DNA of 64,000 nt from an uncultured Nitrososphaerota archaeon (GTDB lineage Archaea > Thermoproteota > Nitrososphaeria > Nitrososphaerales > CADDZS01), in assembly GCA_963799845.1 (NCBI GenBank), contig CAWCYI010000006.1, forward strand, positions 832,001-896,000. The letters run 5' to 3'. The notes below the pieces were generated by a model, which was not told where the DNA came from, ran no database searches, and saw only the letters and a list, made by a program, of their open reading frames with translations. Shown piece after piece: positions 10,252-20,635 of this stretch; position 1 is the first letter of the stretch; each line of letters starts with the position of its first letter. The position numbers and the translations under genes are program-made.

Positions 10252-10860
10252 TTACGAATTTTCATTCACTCGATGAAGCCGGAAAACAAAAAGAAAAAAA
10301 TGATCGCTCGAAAAAAAGAGCGACCAAAAAGAGTACGGACTACTTAATCCCTTTGATCTCAGCTCACGTCTATCGTGAATGTGCCAGTCCACGAGACATC
10401 GAGCTTTGTTCGTATAGTTGAATTTGAATGTATGCAATCCGGGCGAAGTAGTAGTGCCAATACTTACGCTCAATGTTCCAAGCAATGTCTGACCGGCCTT
10501 AACAGTAAAGGAACTTGTGAGCGAACAAGTAAACTTACCGCCATTGACGGAGAGTTTACAGCCTGTGAAAGTGTACGATTTCGTTCCCGTGTTATGAACA
10601 GTAAGGTCGGCAGATACCGTTGAGCCAGGCGCACCACTATATGATTTTGGGCTAAATTTCACTGTGACCGGTACTTTGGTAAGCGCTGGGCTCAAGACAA
10701 GCGAGTGAGCTGGTGAGGACATTGTTGCCGTGGCGTAAGGTGCACTTGCTGTAGATGCGAAGACTAACGGTGCACTTCCAACCGCAAGTAGGAACGCGAT
10801 CGAGGCAATTAGGCTTGAAGTTACTAAGATGGATTTCATGCGTGAACGACCTTCTGTCAT
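10252..10860 (-). CDS. Secreted beta-rich (Ig-like) protein; probable frameshift ~10402
   Basis: Signal peptide MKSILVTSS..., TVHNTG motif; the alternative frame ends DVSWTGTFTIDVS*. Confidence 0.6.
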   Translation of the reverse strand: MTEGRSRMKSILVTSSLIASIAFLLAVGSAPLVFASTASAPYATATMSSPAHSLVLSPALTKVPVTVKFSPKSYSGAPGSTVSADLTVHNTGTKSYTFTGCKLSVNGGKFTCSLTSSFTVKAGQTLLGTLSVSIGTTTSPGLHTFKFNYTNKARCLVDWHIHDRRELRSKGLSSPYSFWSLFFSSDHFFLFVFRLHRVNENS

Positions 10861-11220
10861 TGATATTAATGTATCTGTAATGGAACAGATAATTTGTGAA
10901 CTATATCGGATGCCGATAGACGCTTAAAGGTTGCTTCTTTTGCTAGGCTGGAATATTTGGCACTCCGGAAATTCCCAGCTGACGAATTTTACACCGAGAA
11001 TTAGTTCTCAGACTTGCACTGGAACGCTATCAGCTTTAAGCATAGCTCCGTGATAAATGGCATCCCGCCTAAATTAAAAACAAAGCTCAGAAGCAAAGAG
11101 CTCTTCGATACGTCCGTGAATAGTTTGCAGAACACCTACCCGGAGAGAAGGCGAATGACGCGGTTGAATTACAGCTTGCTATAGGTCTATTCTGAGGCCA
11201 ATAACGTAAAGCCACAAGCC

Positions 11221-11429
11221 GTCTTGGTCAACTCGCTCTCGATTCCCTTCATCGTTCCAACCGTCATCGAAATTCCAATTCTGACCGTACGATTCTTTTT
11301 GTCCAGGCAGATAGGGTGACGAGCAACGTGATCTTTGTGAAGATCGCAAGGAGTGCCCCCCATCACCACGAAATCATGTTCTATTCTTGATATATCGTTC
11401 TAGATCTCAATTTTTTTCGAAAGCCGACT
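11221..11429 (+). repeat. Diverged direct repeat, copy 2 (relic of MFS 3' end)
   Basis: Aligns with 7402-7613. Confidence 0.9.
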
Positions 11430-11459
11430 CGTGCGAATAAATAGCGCACTCGATAGGAT

Positions 11460-11660
11460 TTGGGATCCATGTCCCAGATCCAGATTTCAGCTCCACGTGA
11501 TAGAGAGAATAGGGAATACGATCCACTGGTATGCAAAACCTGTCAGAAAATAGCATCTGACGATCCCCAGCCTGCGAGAACTCCGTACAGCGACTGCGAG
11601 GAACATTTCCATCAGAGGGTAACGAACCTGCTCCTTAACGGCGGCCTCCAGATAATCTGA
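11460..11660 (+). CDS. Small hypothetical protein with CxxC...CxxH
   Basis: CKTC and CEEH motifs. Confidence 0.35.
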   Translation: MGSMSQIQISAPRDRENREYDPLVCKTCQKIASDDPQPARTPYSDCEEHFHQRVTNLLLNGGLQII

Positions 11661-11755
11661 GTACGCGGTTCAGACCCTGGAACCGCCTTTTTTGCTGCCC
11701 TTGAAGTACTCGATCCAAGCGAAGGTGTCAATTACGTGAACTACCCACGACTGAA

Positions 11756-12931
11756 CAGTAGATGCGAATCAAGTATGCTTTTCTCGTATGTTAAATGACC
11801 CACTCATAATCAGACCGATGAGAGAGAGTTTCATTTGTATTACTTCCACCGATTCGTTCGGATGGAGCAGCTCTTGGTTGGCATTGTACATGACCCACGA
11901 ATTGTAGACAAGACATGCAAAGAGATAGTAGAACAATCTTACCACGTAGTTCCTTGATGTTGTTTTTATCAGGAATTGATTTGACATTCGGTAGCTTGTC
12001 TCTATGCCCCAGCGGTTCTTGAATAGCCTTAGGATTGTTTCAGCTTTGTAGGGAAGATTTGTTGCAAACAGGTACTTGTAATCCTTTGTCTTGTCATATG
12101 CCACTACAACTTCAAACGAGGCTTGTTCAGATTCCCTCCTCCTGTGTCCGCTAGTAGTGTACGTGAACCTCCTACCCTGCCAGAGCCTCATTTTCTTTGT
12201 CTTGTAGGTTGGAGCCATTCGCACGATGTACTTGAGTCCAGATTCCTCAAGAAATCTGAGTAGGTTTGTGTGAAAGAATCCGCCGTCAAAAACCAGATAG
12301 CGAATTCTTATTTTCAGCTCTTCTTGCAGTTTTCGCACAATTTGTGTGGTAGACGAGACAAGTTCCGAGCCTGATGCTAATCCTGTAACAGCTACGATCA
12401 GTCTTTCTCCATCTGCTAGAACAGAAGCTGTAAGGTACTTGAATGAATAATTGCTTCCGTCCCTGTGCATGGTTCCAATGACCATCGGTGTTTCTTCATG
12501 ATTACCGTAGTACATGACATCATGCAGATCCAAAGCGACAGGGACTGGTACGCGTAATTTTCTTCTTTTTCTAAGATCCTTCACATTCCCGTCTATCAAA
12601 TTATCGAAGATTTGTTTGACTCTCGCTTCTCTTTGTGATTTAATGTACGAAAGAAGAGTTTCTGCAGTCGGTGATTCGCCTAGAGATTTCGAAACACCTT
12701 CAGCAAATCCATTTACCAAGCTCGCCGAGATGAGCAGGTTTAGGTGTTCATTCTTGGAATAAATCGCTCTCTCCTTCAGCTCATATGTCAGCAGTCCTGA
12801 GATGTTTTTCTTTACGAATTCATACAGCTTTCTCGAATTGAACCTCAATTGGAACGTCGGAAACAAGCCCTAAGGCGGGCTGGCCATAATAATTGCGGCC
12901 GGAAATCGCCTAGATTCGTTCGCATCTACTG
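11756..12931 (-). mobile_element. ISH3-type (IS4-like) insertion sequence, 1176 bp
   Basis: 13-bp perfect TIR cagtagatgcgaa; 4-bp TSD TGAA at 11752-55 and 12932-35. Confidence 0.9.
11769..12866 (-). CDS. DDE transposase (ISH3/IS4-like)
   Basis: VALDLH, LVFDGGF, RWGIETSYR. Confidence 0.9.
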   Translation of the reverse strand: MFPTFQLRFNSRKLYEFVKKNISGLLTYELKERAIYSKNEHLNLLISASLVNGFAEGVSKSLGESPTAETLLSYIKSQREARVKQIFDNLIDGNVKDLRKRRKLRVPVPVALDLHDVMYYGNHEETPMVIGTMHRDGSNYSFKYLTASVLADGERLIVAVTGLASGSELVSSTTQIVRKLQEELKIRIRYLVFDGGFFHTNLLRFLEESGLKYIVRMAPTYKTKKMRLWQGRRFTYTTSGHRRRESEQASFEVVVAYDKTKDYKYLFATNLPYKAETILRLFKNRWGIETSYRMSNQFLIKTTSRNYVVRLFYYLFACLVYNSWVMYNANQELLHPNESVEVIQMKLSLIGLIMSGSFNIREKHT

Positions 12932-14216
12932 TGAAGATCGTGGGCTTCTCCACGACCATAGCAGGGCTTCCTGTTTCAACCACCATGCTTGCTCTGATGT
13001 GTGGAATGCTGTTGAAGTATTCCAAGAGAGTATAGGCAAGAGTGTCCGCAGGCGTTAATTCCCTATGCACCATAGGTACTCCTCCTTCCTTTTCGATGTT
13101 TATCGCGGAGTTCAAGTCTCTGTCCATTACGAGACCACAGTATGTGCATTCATAGATTCGATCCGCAAGAGTGACCTGATTCCTTGCGTTGCAACGCGAG
13201 CATTTCTGGGTCGTGGGAATGAAGCTATCCACTTTCCTCGGCGTTTGTGCCTTCTTTTCAAGCGCACTGATTATTCCGCCGAGCGAGGTGTTCAAGATTC
13301 TTCTTCCCCAGATCCGCTGCCAGGCTTTGATTGTATCATCCTGATAGCAAATCGTTGTGAACTGTTTTGTGAGTCCGCGCACAAGCTTGTTCTGGATATC
13401 CTTTTTGACGCTCGTCGTCCCGTCATAGGCTTTATCCAGTTTCGTTTTTGCCTTCCACCAGTTGTGGCTGTGGTATTTCTTTCTGCTTAGCTTCCTGCAC
13501 AGCTTCTTCATATGGTCTGTTATTGGCACTTCGTAGTTGATTCTGATCCCGCTTGATAGCGTGAGCTGGTTTTTGATTCCCAAGTCTATGCCTACGCTTT
13601 TTGATGGCTGTTCTTCTTCCCGATGCTTCGGAACTACTTTAGTCTGGTATGTCGTCACATGTAGATAGTAGTCTCCATGCTTTCGGACCAGAAGAGCGGA
13701 TGCAAGATCGGCACTCGCAGGAAGCTGAAAAATCCCTCTTGTTTTGAGTCCCTGCTTGATTCCCTGAATGTGGACGTAGTGCTTATCGAAGATCCAATAC
13801 GTCATCCCTTGCTGCTTGAGTGGGATGGAACAGATTTCACTTTTGAATTTGAGCGCACCAACTTTGTGTCCGCTCTTCTTCAGCCTGGAAAGTGATCTGA
13901 TGTTGTCTCTCATCCTGTCGATGAGTTCCTGTTTCATCTGGGATGATAGGCATCGGATTTCTCTTGTTTCGAAACCATTCTTTGCCTTGACACGGACCGC
14001 GCCCAACCTGTAGTCGGCCTCGAATATGTTTCCGTTTGCAAGCACATGATTGTAGAACCACTTGGCTTCGAGAAATAATCTGTCGAGATGTTTGTGTGTC
14101 TTGTCGCTGAGATGGGAAGTATCTATTTTCAGCTCGTATTGCTTACAGGTTTGAGTCCTCCGTCTCTCCTTAGTTTTCTTGAGCGAGCCGCGTATGGCGT
14201 CATTCTTGAGAGACAT
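12870..14216 (-). CDS. tnpB: TnpB RNA-guided endonuclease; C-terminus reads into the ISH3
   Basis: VGIDLGIK, YQDD, TTQKCSRC..YECTYCG..DRDLNSAINI. Confidence 0.9.
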   Translation of the reverse strand: MSLKNDAIRGSLKKTKERRRTQTCKQYELKIDTSHLSDKTHKHLDRLFLEAKWFYNHVLANGNIFEADYRLGAVRVKAKNGFETREIRCLSSQMKQELIDRMRDNIRSLSRLKKSGHKVGALKFKSEICSIPLKQQGMTYWIFDKHYVHIQGIKQGLKTRGIFQLPASADLASALLVRKHGDYYLHVTTYQTKVVPKHREEEQPSKSVGIDLGIKNQLTLSSGIRINYEVPITDHMKKLCRKLSRKKYHSHNWWKAKTKLDKAYDGTTSVKKDIQNKLVRGLTKQFTTICYQDDTIKAWQRIWGRRILNTSLGGIISALEKKAQTPRKVDSFIPTTQKCSRCNARNQVTLADRIYECTYCGLVMDRDLNSAINIEKEGGVPMVHRELTPADTLAYTLLEYFNSIPHIRASMVVETGSPAMVVEKPTIFTVDANESRRFPAAIIMASPP

Positions 14217-14361
14217 CCGACTCTCTCAAGCGCAATTCATCCCATGTTTTAAAACATGGGCTTTCTTGCACAATCTGGTAAATCCGATCGGCCTCTCTTA
14301 CAAAAAGCATGTCACTTGCTCTTCCTATCCCGGAACCAGATCCTGTAACTATTGCAACTTA

Positions 14362-15485
14362 ACCTGGCCGACATAAGTTCATAGACACCTGTTGGTCAGA
14401 AGGAATTTCTTCATGTCAAGATGCGAGCAAAACCTTCGCGTTCGATAGTATTCTGCCAGGATTGATTTCAGTTCTTTCAATGACGTCGGAAAGGTTGGAA
14501 GCCTTGAGAGATCCTTCTCACCCTCGCGCCAACACTCCTCCATCATGTTGAACTCTGGCGAAGCTGTCGGGATCCATCTGACTCTGAGAGTCTTCCTGTT
14601 CTTACCCAAATAATCAGTTACGATCCTGGTTTTGTGGTGTTGCCTTGCTTTGTCAAGGAAGAGATAGAGTGATCCAAACTTCCTGTGCACCTTCTTCAGG
14701 TAGTCGAGGAATGTCTCGCCATTGAATTTCTCGTACTGCCTGAAGATTTGTGTCCCGTCCAGGCTGATCGCTCCAAACACCACGGTGTTGCCGTGCGAGC
14801 CTGACACAATCCGAATCGGTCGAATCCCTTTGACCGCCCACACCCTTTTGGTTTCTATGTTCTGGACGAAGATTGATTCGTCTTCGGATGCTACGGTGAA
14901 GCCTTCCGGGATATTCCTGAGGAGTCTTGCGGTCCTTTTTTAAATTCGAGCCTCTCTTCGAGGGAAGCCTTGTGAAGTAACCTCTTGTCAGGGACAATTG
15001 CTCTCACTCCCCACTTCTGCATCAACCTGTAGATGTGTCTCTCAGTGTATGCCACGTCTGCTTCCTTGCGGATCATCTCCCTGACCTCCTTCACGGTCCA
15101 GCCGCATTCGTTCTTCACGACCTTCCTCTTCACCGCAATGAACTTGTTGTGATCGAGCTTCGGAGGTCTCCCGCTCCTTTCCATCGTCTTGAGTCCTTCT
15201 AGCCCATCTTTCTCGAAACGTCTAAGCCACGGTGTCGTCCATGATTTGTGCCGGTGAACTTCCCTTGCTACGTGCGACGCCGGGACACCCTCGTACTTGA
15301 CCTTCAGAACGAGGAATATCCTCTTGCTTACGTTTGCGTCCCTCTCCTCTCTATAAGCCTCTTCAACAATCTCCTTCGGTGCCTGTAATCGAGACATACA
15401 ACCTGAGATAGGAAGGGAAGTTGGCCAAAAATGAGAATGTCTAGGTCTGTGGCCCTTTCAGTCTAATAATTTATGTCGGCCAGGT
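14362..15485 (-). mobile_element. IS630-family element
   Basis: TIR acctggccgacataa at 14362-76 and 15471-85; TA target duplication on both sides. Confidence 0.9.
14379..15397 (-). CDS. IS630 transposase, two ORFs joined by a probable programmed -1 frameshift
   Basis: HTH ORF (RSGRPPKL) plus DDE ORF (ASEDES, FLDKARQH, SPEFNMMEECW); slippery TTTAAAAAAG at ~14936-14945. Confidence 0.85.
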
Positions 15486-15608
15486 TAGTTTCCCAATCTC
15501 AGACGAATTTCACCTGAAGTATATTCCAACCGAAAACAATTTCTTAAATAATATTTGTGCGATTCTCGGGAAGACCTAGCAGGCTCTCCAGTTAGTTAGT
15601 GACTTCCA

Positions 15609-16595
15609 ATGGCGCAGATAGAAATCTCTGCAAATCTTGGAGAAAACGATTTTGATCCGAAAGAGTTCGTCGATGCCGCGGGTTATGCGGAAGAGGCGGG
15701 TTTCTCGACTGTCTGGTTTGGTGACCACATCTTTCCTTGGTACCATTCAGGCAAGAGGTCCTCTTTCGTCTGGTCGATGATGCCGACAGCATTGGAGAAA
15801 ACTGATCGAATCAAAGTCGGACCTTGGGTCACTGTGCCAACTGGAGCACGGTATCATCCGGCGATCATAGCACGGGCTGCTGCCACCTTGGACAACATGT
15901 ACCCGGGTAGACTCTTGCTCGGTGTCGGCACTGGAGAGGCTTTGAACGAACGCCCCTTCTGGAATGATCGGTGGCCAAAATGGGAAGAAAGAATGGACAG
16001 GATGACGGAAGGCATCCGGTTGATACGCCAAATGTGGGACTCCAAGGAACCCTTCAAGTTTGAAGGCAAATACTTCTCGTCTGGTTTTTACTGCCTCTAC
16101 ACCAAACCAAGGAGGAAGATCCCGATTTATGCTTCAGCGATAGGAAGGAAAGCCGCTTATGCTGCCGGCGCGAATACTGAGGGATTGATCACATTGAGTC
16201 CGAGGAATGATGTCCAGAGGCTCAAGGATGTGATCCTTCCTGCCTACATGCAGGGTAGACGCGAGACTAACAAGAAAGGATTAGGAAAGGTTGCCATTGA
16301 ACTGATCCACAGCTTCGAGACGCCCGAATATCTTCTCAAGAACGCGTGGAGAACACTTGGCATTTGGAGAAAAGATTCCTGGAGTACGCCTAACCCCATA
16401 GAAGTCGAGAATGAAGGGAGGAAAGTTACCCGGGAGCAACTTCAAAGTAACGTGCACTTCTGCAAAAGCTGGAAAGGCATGGTGAAACTGATCGAGACGT
16501 ATCAAGAGGTTGGTGTCAACGAAGTGAACATCTCCACTGGTTGTACTAAGAAAATGATCCGAGCGGTTGCAAAGAACGTCCACGACGTCTTCTAA
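15609..16595 (+). CDS. LLM-class (F420-dependent-like) oxidoreductase
   Basis: AEEAGFSTVWFGDH, RYHPAIIA, GVGTGEALNE. Confidence 0.85.
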   Translation: MAQIEISANLGENDFDPKEFVDAAGYAEEAGFSTVWFGDHIFPWYHSGKRSSFVWSMMPTALEKTDRIKVGPWVTVPTGARYHPAIIARAAATLDNMYPGRLLLGVGTGEALNERPFWNDRWPKWEERMDRMTEGIRLIRQMWDSKEPFKFEGKYFSSGFYCLYTKPRRKIPIYASAIGRKAAYAAGANTEGLITLSPRNDVQRLKDVILPAYMQGRRETNKKGLGKVAIELIHSFETPEYLLKNAWRTLGIWRKDSWSTPNPIEVENEGRKVTREQLQSNVHFCKSWKGMVKLIETYQEVGVNEVNISTGCTKKMIRAVAKNVHDVF

Positions 16596-16643
16596 TTCGA
16601 TTCATGATCCAGATCAAAATGAAAGATTTCGAGGCTTTGTAAA

Positions 16644-16883
16644 ATGGAGTACAAGCAGCTGGGCAAGTCTGGGGTGAAAGTGTCCAACCTTTGTATGGAC
16701 ACGATGGATTTTGGATCTAAAATAAATGGAGCCGCAGCAATCAAGCTTGTCAAGCGTGCCGTGGATTTAGACGCCAACTTCTTTGACACAGCTGATGTTT
16801 ACAAAAACGGCAAGTCAGAAGAGATCCTGGGTAAAGTCATCAAAGCCATGAGAGATGAACTGCGAAGAAAAGTGGAGCCCTAA
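16644..16883 (+). pseudogene. Aldo/keto reductase N-terminal fragment
   Basis: MEYKQLGKSGVKVS, FFDTADVY..GKSEEILG; only 79 aa. Confidence 0.8.
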
Positions 16884-16987
16884 AAGTGGTGAACATTGAT
16901 GCCCTGAGATCTCTTGCAGAAGAGATCATGCCATTTTGAGACACTTGATTCTAGTTGCCATAATCTAACATGAAGAAAACGCGGCTC

Positions 16988-19313
16988 TCAAGAATTTCCA
17001 GCCGATTTCATGAGATCTAGAATGTAATCCGGCGCCAAGGGCATTTTGTCCACGAAAACGCCGAGCGGAGAAAGGGCGTCGTCGACCGCGTTAACGACAA
17101 CTGTCGCAGCAGCTATCGTGGGACCCTCTCCAATTCCCTTTATTCCCAGCGGATTACGGCTTGTGGGAGTTTCGGTCCTCCCGCACTCAATATGTGGAAG
17201 CGTTTCAGCCACGGGCAAGAGGTAATCTGCGAGCGTGGCGGTAAGAAGTTGGCCTGATTCGTTGTATACTATCTGTTCTAAAAGTGCCTGACCGATTCCC
17301 TGAAGCACTCCGCCGTGAACCTGACCTTCCACTATCAGCGGGTTGATCACTTTGCCGCAGTCGTCCACTGCAAAATATTTTAAGAGCTTGACCACTCCGG
17401 TCTCTTTGTCTACCTCTACTGCAGCGACATGAGCTCCGAAGGGATAAATGAAATCTGTCGGGGCAAATGCGGTGTATTCGAATAGAGTAGCTTCCATCCT
17501 TTCGGAAGTTTGTCCGGTCGATACGCCGTTCTAGCGACATCGAGAAAAGTAACGACTTTTTTAGGAGTCTTTGAAACGAAGATCTTGCCATCCTGGAATG
17601 ATAACTCGTCTTCAGCGGTATTCAGCATGCCTACGGCTATTTTGCTCATCTTCTTTTTGACCTTGTTTGCACACACGAATACAGCACTACCGGTTCCCGA
17701 CGATCCCGACTGCCCCCGGTAACAAAACCGAATACCAGGGAGTTTGTGTCTCCGTACTTTACGTCCATATCCGCCGGGTCAATTCCCAGAACCTGCGCTG
17801 CGATCTGCACTGCGGACGTCGCGTGGCCCTGCCCCTGCGGCTCGCCGCCGATCGCGATGGTAACTTTTCCGGTACTCGTTACAGAAATTGCTGCCGTCTG
17901 CGGTGCCTGTGCACCTGTGCCGGTAATGTCGACCCAAGACGCAAGGCCGATTCCAACAAGTCTTCCATCCTCTCTCGCCCTGCGTTGCATCGTTCTTAGT
18001 GTTTCATATTCTGAAACTTTGAGAGCCTCCATAAGATTTCTTTCATAATCGCCGGAATCGTAAGACAGTCCGGTCATCGTTTTGTAGGGAAACTTGTCGC
18101 GTCTTACGTAATTTGAAGTACGCAGCCTTACCGGATCGAACTTCAGCTTTCGAGCAATTGTGTTAATAGTCCTCTCGATCAGATAATTTGCTTCAGGACG
18201 ACCCGCGCCCCTGTAAGAATCCTGCGGAACCTTGTTGGTGAAAACGTGAAGCACTTCCGATCTGAAGGCAGATAAATCATATTGACCTGGAGCCAATTGC
18301 ATGGTAGAAGATGGATTGGACCAGCCAGTTGAAGTGTTGTAAGCTCCGCAGTCCGAAACAATCTTTATCTTCAAGCCACGCACCAATCCGTCCCGCGAAA
18401 CAGCAGCCTCAACATACTGCTTTTGGCCCCTTCCATGCGTCATCGAAAGTAAATTCTCGCTCCTTGTTTCTACCCATTTAATCGAACGACCAAGCCTCAT
18501 GGAAGCATACGCGACTGCGATCTCCTCTGGGTAGAGAGCGGCCTTTGCCCCAAAACCGCCGCCAACATCCGGAGCAATGACGCGGACCTTGTTCTCTGGC
18601 AGTTCAAGAGTATCTGCAATTAATGATCTAGCACCGTGCGGGTCCTGAGTAGACAGCCAGACGGTGAGCGATCTAGCACCAACATCATAACTAGCCACGA
18701 CTCCTCTTGGTTCCATGGGGAGCGGCGCGACTCGCTGGTTTGTGATTTCAAGTGCGATCTTCTCATCTGCTTCTTCAAAGACCTTGTCGACATCGCCAGA
18801 CTCATATTTCGAATGGTAGGCGATATTATTGGAGAGATAGTCGTGCGTTCTCGCAGCATTAGGCTTGAGTGCCTTTTCTAGATCTTCCACGGCCTCTAGC
18901 GGTTCATAGTCTACCAGTACGAGTTCAGCAGCATCTTCCGCTGCATACGAGTCTTTCGCAACAACTAGGGCGATCGCTTCACCAAGATAATTTACTTCAT
19001 CTATTGCCAAGACGGGCCTGGGACTGTCTGTCTTTTCACTATCGTTGCCAGTGGTCGGCATGTTCTTGACATGTTTGAGATCTCTAGCTGTCAGGACGAG
19101 CGCTACGTCATGGTGTACCGCAGACAAGTCGATTCCCTTGATTTTGGCGTGGGCGTACGCAGCTCTTACAAACACGCCGTAAAGCGTGTCAGGTAGCCTG
19201 ATGTCATCGAGGTACCTTCCCTCGCCCGTGACTAGCCTAGGATCCTCGACACGTTTCATCGGGTACCCTACAATATCTTTGCTTTTGGTGATAGCTTCTT
19301 GTAACGTAGACAA
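16988..19313 (-). CDS. Xanthine dehydrogenase/CoxL-like molybdopterin large subunit (two frameshifts, ~17700 and ~17498)
   Basis: KRVEDPRLVTG, DVGGGFGAK, SYRGAGRPEA, GQVHGG, GIKGIGEG across three ORFs. Confidence 0.9.
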
Positions 19314-20299
19314 AGTAATAGTTTTCGAGTCAGTGGTTTCGATAATAAGTGTAACTTTTCTTGTAGTCAGAAAAATGAATGTGATCCATTCGATTCGATT
19401 TAGAAAATACGTTTCGGGAAGCTTGAACGGGACGGTTGCAGCTCTTCGTTCTCTTACTTCCTGCTATGATCTTAATGGAAAAATAAACTGGGATAAGATC
19501 AATCTTCCTGAGGAAGGGGAGAAGAAAAGACTAACCTCCCGCGTCAAAACAGCTCCGAGAAATATGGGCTCTTGGGCACATATTGCTCCTTTTGCCTATT
19601 GCCTAGAGATTAACTAATTTAGGGCGAGTGGGGAGATCTCGTGAAAGAACTGTAAGAAAACTTCTGAGATCATTGATAAGTTGGTTTATGCCTAATAGTC
19701 AGGAAGCCACTGCGGAACAAAAAGTAAACAAGAAAAGCGAGAATTGGAACCAGGGTCGCAACTATGGTCCCCAATGGGAACACCGGCGCGGGCAGCGTTG
19801 AGCTATACGTCACGCTCAGACCTCTATAATCGACTTTCGCTAGGAAACAGTTTGTCACTCTGAAAGACCTCCGATAGTCGTCGAGTCTTACCCGGTATGC
19901 ATTGCGTCATAGTCTTCCGATTTCATAAGCGATTTTTCCAAATACAAGGAACACTATGACCGAACCAATGGGGTAGATTGCTTCCATTGCAAACCAGTAA
20001 TTCGCGACGAGAATCAGATGGAGGTTCAATACTTTCGAAATGTCGTCGAGATCATCCAGTCCGAGAAGTGAGAGATAGATCAGCAGGGCTATTACAGCGA
20101 GGAATGAAGGAAAGCAGTTTTTTATCGGTGCAAAATGGACACATCGGCTCAGCGAATCGCTACGCGAAGATTAGCAGCAACGAGATTTCTGTGAGGTCCT
20201 ATCCAGCCCGTCCTATTGGGTTTTCATTGCTGATACTTGAAAGATAATGTTAGATCCTAAAAAATTCCCTTCAACTCGACGATCCCGTTCAATGCGTTT

Positions 20300-20385
20300 C
20301 GAGCTCTCTAAGCTCCGTTCAGCTCGTTTCAAGCTCTTCTGAGCTTACAGAGCTTGATTTGAGCTCTTCACTCGGAAAACACGCC
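20300..20385 (+). repeat. AGCT-phased dispersed repeat, copy B
   Basis: AGCT at 20302, 20311, 20321, 20332, 20342, 20351, 20362. Confidence 0.85.
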
Positions 20386-20635
20386 CCGTGTGCGAACGCA
20401 AGAGAAAATCGTGATCTGTAACCTACAGCTCTCTAGTAAAGGAATGAAATATGCTACGAAATTTTCAGAACATCCTCGAAAACTCGAAAATCCAGTACGA
20501 AACGATCAACTCGACGATTGTCGAGTGTGTCCGCTCAAATGCATTTCAGAACCAGAAAAGGTGCCTCTCAGTCTCAAATTGAATTCTGACACTCGATTTC
20601 CGAGCGTACGCCAACTTCCCAATAATCTTTGACGA

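Larger units (their letters stand above)
11736..14270 (-). mobile_element. IS200/IS605-family tnpB-only (IS1341-like) element, interrupted by ISH3
   Basis: Left-end palindrome cccatgttttaaaacatggg at 14241-14260; right end aagcccacgatcttca|gtcgtgggtagttcac on the minus strand, split by the insertion. Confidence 0.8.

Noticed and set aside
16988-19313. Aerobic CO dehydrogenase call
   Set aside because: Lacks the AYxCSFR motif and coxS/coxM neighbours.
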